DNA from: an uncultured bacterium
Lineage (GTDB): Bacteria > Acidobacteriota > HRBIN11 > JAKEFK01
Reading direction: 5' to 3'
Length of the DNA: 64,000 nucleotides
Assembly (NCBI GenBank): GCA_963777505.1
Contig: CAVZQN010000001.1
Span: 352,001-416,000, forward strand
Notes under the pieces: model-generated
Told to the model about the DNA's origin: nothing
What the model saw: only the letters and a program-made list of their open reading frames with translations
Databases searched by the model: none
Part shown: piece after piece, positions 58,028-64,000 of the stretch
Layout of the letters: every line of letters starts with the position of its first letter
Numbering within the stretch: position 1 is the stretch's first letter
Made by a program: the position numbers and the translations under genes

Positions 58028-59086
58028 TTATAGAGAGTCGCGTACGAAAAGTCCAGCTACTGAAGAGGCTTCAACATCGCCGATAATCGCGGCATCTGAC
58101 ACGCCTTTTTCTTTCAATTTTTCAACCAATAAATCGGCTTTTTCAGGCGCAACAGAAATCATGAGTGGTCCCGATGTTTGAGGATCGTATAGAATCATTT
58201 CCCGTTCACGTGGAAGTTCTTTTTCTAGTTGTATGCAGCCTTCAGCAGATTGTTTGTTGGACAGTGTAACGCCAGTACGGATTCCTTTTTCCATCATTTT
58301 AACGGTGGCAGGATAAATATTCACAGAAGCCAGGTTGATATTAATCTTTACTTTGCTTCCAAGAGCCATTTCACAAAGATGCCCAGCAAGCCCAAAACCT
58401 GAAATATCTGTGCAGGCATTTACGCCAGTTTCGAGCATAACTTCACAGGCGGTTTTGTTCAGCTTTCGCATGCTTTCAAGTGCGGGCTGAAATTCTTCAG
58501 GGGTTAGCAAATCGTTTTTTGCACCGGTTATGATCACACCAGTGCCAATCCGTTTTGTGATCACTAGTTTGTCGCCAGGTTTGCATGAACTGTTACGAAG
58601 AACACGATCGGGATGAACTACGCCGGTAACCGATAAGCCATATTTCAGTTCTTGATCTTTTACAGTGTGACCACCAAGCAGAGTCGCTCCGCTTTCAAGA
58701 ATTTTGTCGTAACCTCCGCGAAGTATTTCTGCGAGCACGGTTGGTTCACATCCTTCGCTGGGAAAGCAACAAACATTTAATACATTAATCGGCCGCCCGC
58801 CCATTGCGTAAACATCACTTAAAGAGTTCGCCGCAGAAATCTGACCATAAATGAATGGATCATCACAAAGAGGTGTAATGAAGTCAACCGTCTGTACGAG
58901 CGCGATTTCGTTCGTCAATTTGAAGACACCTGCGTCGTCTGCAGTTTCGATTCCAACGATCAAGTTTGGATCGCGAACTGCTTCAAGATTTAAATGTTGC
59001 AGTATTGTCTTCAAGTCCACCGGACTGAGTTTGCCCGCTCAACCACCAGACTTTGCAAGCCGCGTTAAACGAAACGCCTCTTCCAT
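58028..59086 (-). CDS. selD: Selenide, water dikinase SelD, selenocysteine-containing (UGA at codon 16)
   Basis: Upstream of the track start the frame reads MEEAFRLTRLAKSGG-TGA-AGKLSP, matching the G-[C/U]-x-x-K active-site motif. DDAGV, QTVDF, AANSLSDVYAMGG, GGHT, TDISGFGL.GH and DPQTSG follow. Confidence 0.93.
59010..59041 (-). promoter_or_regulatory. Bacterial SECIS-like hairpin downstream of the selD UGA
   Basis: mRNA reads UGA-GCGGGCAAACUC-AGUCC-GGU-GGACU; the G-starting loop lies 17 nt after the UGA. Confidence 0.65.
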
Positions 59087-59228
59087 AATGACCTCGCTCA
59101 ATTCTGGACAAAATTAGTCCAGAAAGAAAGTTAGCTGAACTTCGCCCAAGTTGCAAGATTGCCTCCTTGCATCCCGCATCTCGCGACCGCGTTTGTGGTA
59201 CACTGAAAATGCAGTACGCATCGCAGCT

Positions 59229-59414
59229 ATGAATGATAAAAATCCAACCCTTGATGCGTTGAATAACATCCCCATTGAGCCTCATCAGGATTGTCCTGCC
59301 GAGAAGAGTGAAGATGCGGTCTTGTGCGACCGTTGTCTACAACCTATGTTCCGAATGAGAGCTGTTTATTGGTGCGTCAACTGCGGTTATAAAACAGATT
59401 GTTGCGGCCACTAA
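59229..59414 (+). CDS. Small Cys-rich (Zn-ribbon) protein
   Basis: 61 aa from ATG 59229, with CDRC-x12-CVNCGYKTDCC. Confidence 0.65.
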   Translation: MNDKNPTLDALNNIPIEPHQDCPAEKSEDAVLCDRCLQPMFRMRAVYWCVNCGYKTDCCGH

Positions 59415-59450
59415 ACAACGTAACTCTGGATTGCTCCGTATGAGTTTCAA

Positions 59451-60263
59451 ATGAAAACGGTTGTCCAGTTTCAAAATGCTTACCGTAGTTTACGCAATGG
59501 AGGGGCCTTACGCATTTCAGATCTAAAGATCCAGGAACGTGAGAGTGTCGCGTTTTATGGCTTGCTTCCAGAACATATTGAAACACTCGTGAATCAAATT
59601 TCGGGAGTGCATGAACTTGAACATGGGAGTCTGACTATTCTTGGAAAGAATACAAGAAGAATGGATGAGCGCTCCTGGTTTCAATTTGTTGAAAAACTTG
59701 GAATTTACAATTCACAACCTGTATTTCAAGAATCCGCATCAATTGGTGAAAATGTTGCAAGCTTGTATAGAATGAGGAGCGATCTAATGGAAGAACCTCA
59801 ACTCAGTGCTTCAGTGCTCTCGCTTGCAAACCTTGTTCAGTTAAGTATTACCGATCTATCGCGCCAGATGTCTGAAGCGACGCCAGTACAACGGATGAAA
59901 GTCCGGATGAGTCGTGCTCTTGCCTATTCACCGTTGTTGTTGATCGTCTGCGATTCAGAGAAGATGCATTCTTCAGAAGTCACACATAAACTTGCGGAGC
60001 TAATCCGTAAAGCAAGACGAAAACTGAAGCTAACTTTGTTGCTCTTTTCATCAGATTTATGGCTGATCGAACAACTCGCGGAAAGAGTTGTATTTCTGAA
60101 TCCAAACAATGGACAATTCGTTGAAAACCAGCTTCGGTGGTGGTACCATAGGCTCCTTCCGTTTTTAAAACCTTCGCCTGCGCCATTGCTTCAGCTTTCG
60201 TTTAATGCAATGCAGCATAGTTGGATCATGAAGGAATCGGAAGATCGCATAAAGCGGCATTAA
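59451..60263 (+). CDS. Degenerate ABC-ATPase-like protein
   Basis: ABC scaffold is recognisable (G.L.ILG, SIGENVA, RALAY.P.LL..D, ERVVFL..G), but the Walker A, LSGGQ, DE and H-loop residues are absent. Confidence 0.65.
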   Translation: MKTVVQFQNAYRSLRNGGALRISDLKIQERESVAFYGLLPEHIETLVNQISGVHELEHGSLTILGKNTRRMDERSWFQFVEKLGIYNSQPVFQESASIGENVASLYRMRSDLMEEPQLSASVLSLANLVQLSITDLSRQMSEATPVQRMKVRMSRALAYSPLLLIVCDSEKMHSSEVTHKLAELIRKARRKLKLTLLLFSSDLWLIEQLAERVVFLNPNNGQFVENQLRWWYHRLLPFLKPSPAPLLQLSFNAMQHSWIMKESEDRIKRH

Positions 60264-60293
60264 CCATAAGAAGCATAGCCGCACGGAGGATCA

Positions 60294-60599
60294 ATGGGAG
60301 AATTTAAAACAGTAGCTAAAGCAGTGGATATACAGCCAGGTTCCGGAATGGTTGTTGATATTGATGGAAACTCGATTGCAGTCTGGAATGTCGGCGGAAA
60401 TTTTTTTGCGTTTCAAAATGTTTGCCCCCATCGAGGCGGTCCAGTGGGTGAAGGCGAACTCGAAGGGAACGTAATTACATGTCCCTGGCATGGCTGGTCG
60501 TTCGATTTAACAAGTGGAGTTAGCCCTATCAATCCTGCAGCGAAACTAACCAAATACGATGTGAAGCTCGAAGGCGAGGAAGTAAAAGTTAACCTTTAA
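60294..60599 (+). CDS. Rieske-type [2Fe-2S] ferredoxin
   Basis: CPH...CPWH..FD..G. Confidence 0.92.
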   Translation: MGEFKTVAKAVDIQPGSGMVVDIDGNSIAVWNVGGNFFAFQNVCPHRGGPVGEGELEGNVITCPWHGWSFDLTSGVSPINPAAKLTKYDVKLEGEEVKVNL

Positions 60600-61594
60600 T
60601 TGAAAGTGCCTTTGCAAGGCGAGTTAACGAAATATCGTATCGATATTGAATGTTAAAATGCCCTTCTTCGAATTCCTCATACTCATGCGGGATCCCAGCT
60701 TTCTTAAGAGTTTCTGCGAAAATTCTTGCGCCCAGAAATAGAAAAAACTCATCACGACGCCCGCAATCCAGGTAAACAAGTTTAAAGTCTTTCAAGGATC
60801 TCGGATTTTTTCTCAATACTTCGATAGGATCTTTTTCTTTCCATCTTTTCCACACCGCGGGAAGGAGTTCTCCTGTATATTCTCGAAAAGGCAAATCAAA
60901 TTTCGTTTTCGCCTTGCTGTTCGGCGAATAGCAGGCTGACATCGCAATAAGATTTAAAGCGGCGTGATCTTCACGGCTTGATTTCGGCATGGTGTCAAAT
61001 TTTTTGATATACGGAACGAGCCCACCGGCTTTTTCCAAAACACGAAGGGCAGGTGGAAATTCAGGAACAATATGCATATTCGAAATACATATCTCCTGAA
61101 TGACAGGCAACTGCAGAAAAAAGTTCAGGGCATTCCATAGAAAGCATGATTGCCCCATAACCTCCGCTGGACTTGCCCATCACTCCACGCCCCGATCTTT
61201 TTCGGATCGTTCTGAATTTTCGATCGATGAATGGAATCAATTCCTCCGTTAAAAAGGATCGATATTTGCCTACCGCAGGTGAATCCAGATACTGACTGCC
61301 CCCATATTTTGTGAAACAATCGGGAAAAACGAGGATCATTTCAGGCATACCGGCAGCGATTAACATGTCCATCCGTTCATCCATCGATGGAATCCATGCC
61401 TGAAAGTTGAACCAGGACATCGCGGAAGAAGTAAACCCGGGAAGGCAGTAAACGGTTGGATATGTAGTACTACCTCTGTAGTACGATGGAGGCAGATAAA
61501 CAGGAATTTTGCGGGTTGCAGGGTCGCCGAGCGGATTTCCGCGAAGGACTTTGCTCTTTATCTCTTCAAATACTAGTTTTCCTTTTCGACTCAA
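60589..61594 (-). CDS. Alpha/beta hydrolase (esterase); frameshift near 61068
   Basis: NPLGDP, VYLPPSY, GGSQY and GKSSGG in 61061-61594; DCG..DEF and EGH in 60589-61158. Confidence 0.85.
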
Positions 61595-62175
61595 AATTGC
61601 TTCATAAGACCGGCTGTATAACGGAGGCCCGAAAGATCATTGGTAACAAAATAAAAACGTGCTTCGGGACGGAAACCCCAGCTATCTGAAAACCACCAGT
61701 TTATTCCTGCACCGCCCGCTGCTCCGCCATTAATTCCAATATCACGAGTCGGAGTCAAAAATACACCTTCCGGTCCAAGTTCCTTTTGTTCTTCATATCC
61801 GCCGACTAAACTGATCGCAATAAACATACTGTTGCGATCACCAAATCGTGCAAATTTTGCCATGAACGTTCCGCCACCCCAGATACGTGTCCGCTGAAGC
61901 TCAGGTACAAAAATCCCAAACAAAGGATCAATCCGTGCCGGAAGTGTTTCCTTCGATCGAGCATACGTACCTTCCAGCTCAAAACTCCATGTATCTCCCA
62001 TGGCACGGCCAAATGATGCTCCAAAGGCATAACCATTTGGACCAAAGCATCCAGCCTCATCACAGAATGCAGCCCCGCCGCCAAACATGGTCAAAATCCA
62101 GGGGTAGGAAACATCATCCTGTGCATGAGCGAAAACAGGACACAAAAAGAGCACGATCATCAAAGCTATTTTCAT
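61591..62175 (-). CDS. Outer-membrane beta-barrel protein
   Basis: Signal peptide, amphipathic Gly/aromatic strands and C-terminal Phe. Confidence 0.7.
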   Translation of the reverse strand: MKIALMIVLFLCPVFAHAQDDVSYPWILTMFGGGAAFCDEAGCFGPNGYAFGASFGRAMGDTWSFELEGTYARSKETLPARIDPLFGIFVPELQRTRIWGGGTFMAKFARFGDRNSMFIAISLVGGYEEQKELGPEGVFLTPTRDIGINGGAAGGAGINWWFSDSWGFRPEARFYFVTNDLSGLRYTAGLMKQF

Positions 62176-62224
62176 GCGGTTACCTCAAACTTAAGTTGTA
62201 AGGAAAAAATTGTTCATCTCCAGG

Positions 62225-62911
62225 TCATGGATAGATCCGTACTTGCACATCATCGATTACAGCAGCCGAATCAAAATCGCTGTCAAATTGATTGCTCAGC
62301 GAAAATTCAATTGCCATTGGTCCTTCACCCATTCTAGAACGGACCGATCCTCGAAATGTACGATAATACGATACCTGTAGCAGACCCGTTTCATATTTCC
62401 AATTTCCTGAACATTCGCTCTCCCGAAAAGAATCATCACCCGTAATCATTAGATTTTTCGATCCCGGCGAAGCTCCGGAATCATCAAATGCGGCAACAAC
62501 AAGAGGTCCTGCCATCGTCAGAAGACGTACCGTCAACAAGTCGGTGCCAAGATCGGTAGATGTATTTTCGTTAGTCAGGAATTTTACTTTAAAGTCGACG
62601 CGGATTCGGGAAGGTTTAAATGACACTGGCAAATTAGGCGAACGAATCACTGATTGAATCCCCTGCAGTGATGAACCCCCGCACATCGTGAGAGTATCTT
62701 TGTCGTCGTTTGTGCTTAATGCAACCCAATAACGCCCGGATGGTTCTCCGGCACAAAATACCGGTGCCACGCAGACATCCCCTGCGGTACGCCATCCTGC
62801 TAATAGAGCGTCATCGAAGCCCGCATTCAGTAATAATTCGCCAGCCGATTCACCAAAAACAGGCACCCAGCCTGTCATCAGTAGAACCAACACCCATACG
62901 ATCCGCTTCAT
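62225..62911 (-). CDS. Secreted hypothetical protein (jelly-roll/CBM-like)
   Basis: Start MKRIV at 62911; LLNAGF...W and terminal IDDV.V. Confidence 0.65.
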   Translation of the reverse strand: MKRIVWVLVLLMTGWVPVFGESAGELLLNAGFDDALLAGWRTAGDVCVAPVFCAGEPSGRYWVALSTNDDKDTLTMCGGSSLQGIQSVIRSPNLPVSFKPSRIRVDFKVKFLTNENTSTDLGTDLLTVRLLTMAGPLVVAAFDDSGASPGSKNLMITGDDSFRESECSGNWKYETGLLQVSYYRTFRGSVRSRMGEGPMAIEFSLSNQFDSDFDSAAVIDDVQVRIYP

Positions 62912-63034
62912 ACCGCGAAAATTATAGCACGATGCTGCCGTGATGCAGGATGCGGGATTTAGCTCAACCGCCAAGACGCAAAGAACGCCAAGAAATAAAT
63001 TTTTATTCTAATACCTTGGCTTCAGCGGTTTGAG

Positions 63035-63136
63035 CTATTTCTTTTTAACCTCTGTGGGTTTTGGATTTAGTTTCTTGAAGTCTTTCAGAAAATCGGTTTG
63101 CTTTTCTTTCTTCGGTTTTTTCTTTTTTTCTTTCAT
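63035..63136 (-). CDS. Possible 33-aa Lys-rich peptide
   Basis: MKEKKKKPKKEKQTDFLKDFKKLNPKPTEVKKK*, starting 2 nt after the MBL gene stop. Confidence 0.35.
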   Translation of the reverse strand: MKEKKKKPKKEKQTDFLKDFKKLNPKPTEVKKK

Positions 63137-63138
63137 TT

Positions 63139-63888
63139 TCAAACTTCCAAAATATCGCCGACATTGGGAATCATCACCTGAAGACCTGATTTTTTGATCA
63201 AGTCTTGAATTTCACTCCATTTGTTTTTCCGAATTCCTCTTTGCAGGTGTGTAAGACACAAACGTCCAATGCCTTCTTCCTTTGCCATCGCAAGAACCTC
63301 AACAACATTAGCGTGTGTCTTACTTTCCTCATCAAACCAGTAGCTTTCGTGCACCAGCAAAGTGCATCCACGATAAAGGACGCGTGTATAAGGGTTAAAG
63401 TTTCCGTCGCCACTATAGGCGTACCTGCGTTCACCCACGGAAACGGACAATGCATAGTTCAGAACAGGATGAGAACTTGGAGCAAACTCCAATCGCGCTC
63501 CATGAAATTCAAAAGTTTCTTTCCATGAAACTTCACGAAAAACTACATCAAAACCGAGCTTTGGCAAGATGCCTTCGTAACCATAATCGATCATCTTCAC
63601 AATCACATCCTGCATTCCTTGAGCGCATACGATTTCGATTTCACGTTTGCGCCCATCTTCCGCAAGCCGTGTTAAATACGAAGGCAGACCAAAATAATGA
63701 TCCGCGTGCCGGTGGCTGATATAAATTGCATCAAGGTAGTCCGGTTCAGGATGCAATTTCCAAATTGAATGGGGTACAGCATAGCCACAATCGATCAGCA
63801 TTCGAAAATGATTCCATTCGAGCACCTGCGAATTATTCGGAAGCGTTTCATCAAAAGCTTCACCGACACCGATAAATTGAACTCTCAT
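63139..63888 (-). CDS. MBL-fold metallo-hydrolase (RNase Z-like)
   Basis: LIDCG, SHRHADH, YSGD, LVHES and LTH. Confidence 0.9.
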   Translation of the reverse strand: MRVQFIGVGEAFDETLPNNSQVLEWNHFRMLIDCGYAVPHSIWKLHPEPDYLDAIYISHRHADHYFGLPSYLTRLAEDGRKREIEIVCAQGMQDVIVKMIDYGYEGILPKLGFDVVFREVSWKETFEFHGARLEFAPSSHPVLNYALSVSVGERRYAYSGDGNFNPYTRVLYRGCTLLVHESYWFDEESKTHANVVEVLAMAKEEGIGRLCLTHLQRGIRKNKWSEIQDLIKKSGLQVMIPNVGDILEV

Positions 63889-63910
63889 ATGTTTAGTATG
63901 TTATGAATAA

Positions 63911-63976
63911 CTGCGGAGGAGCAGAGGTGCGGAGGGGCTTTCTCCCCTGCTCCTCTGCTCCTCTGCTCCTCTGCGG
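63911..63976. repeat. Octamer-built inverted repeat (GCTCCTCT units)
   Basis: GGAGGAGCAGAGGTGCGGAGGGG pairs with CCCCTGCTCCTCTGCTCCTCTGCTCCTCTGC. Confidence 0.7.
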
Positions 63977-64000
63977 TATCCATAAGACGCAATCTGCTTT

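Noticed and set aside
61061-61070. TGA ending the esterase N-terminal ORF (YAYCS*) as selenocysteine
   Set aside because: The protein continues in a different frame (VPEFPP), so a single extra base explains it better than in-frame readthrough.
62962-62995. GACGCAAAG as part of a c-di-GMP-I riboswitch
   Set aside because: It lies within a family B repeat and lacks the upstream GGCAAA/GAAA stem.
1-64000. tRNA, rRNA, prophage, integrase, transposase or reverse-transcriptase systems
   Set aside because: No diagnostic motifs were seen by eye in the intergenic DNA or ORFs; a tRNAscan/Infernal/HMM run would be needed to exclude divergent cases.

Overview
This is a 64-kb bacterial chromosomal segment, mostly housekeeping and signalling genes. 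The gene content (VWFA protein, kinase-TPR protein, VPS10/BNR hydrolase, REP-like repeats) suggests Acidobacteriota, which is an inference. I saw no CRISPR array, rRNA, tRNA, transposase or prophage. Main blocks: an adenylation-ACP / SGNH / MBOAT acylation cassette; an SLC13 transporter; an NTase gene pair; a large RTX-repeat protein with a STAS gene; kamA; an ABC-F; secG; a c-di-GMP module; thiC; an FHA-PrsW fusion; an isc operon that contains def, lacks fdx and runs into moaA; a partial complex I operon (nuoABCD-GHI) followed by lipA; and selD. Signals the ORF track misses: (1) selD is a selenoprotein with an in-frame UGA and a SECIS-like hairpin; (2) a sigma54-type promoter (palindromic UAS, IHF-like site, -24/-12) precedes an orphan ORF and a GGA-rich multi-hairpin region; (3) an identical 16-bp near-palindrome sits upstream of both the STAS and RTX genes; (4) two copies of a ~122-bp inverted-repeat element show compensatory changes; (5) several REP-like families fill the intergenic spaces; (6) a response regulator carries an unassigned 8-Cys domain, and two proteins look like pseudo-enzymes. 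Five genes are frameshifted, most likely by sequencing indels. All product calls come from motifs read by eye, without database searches.
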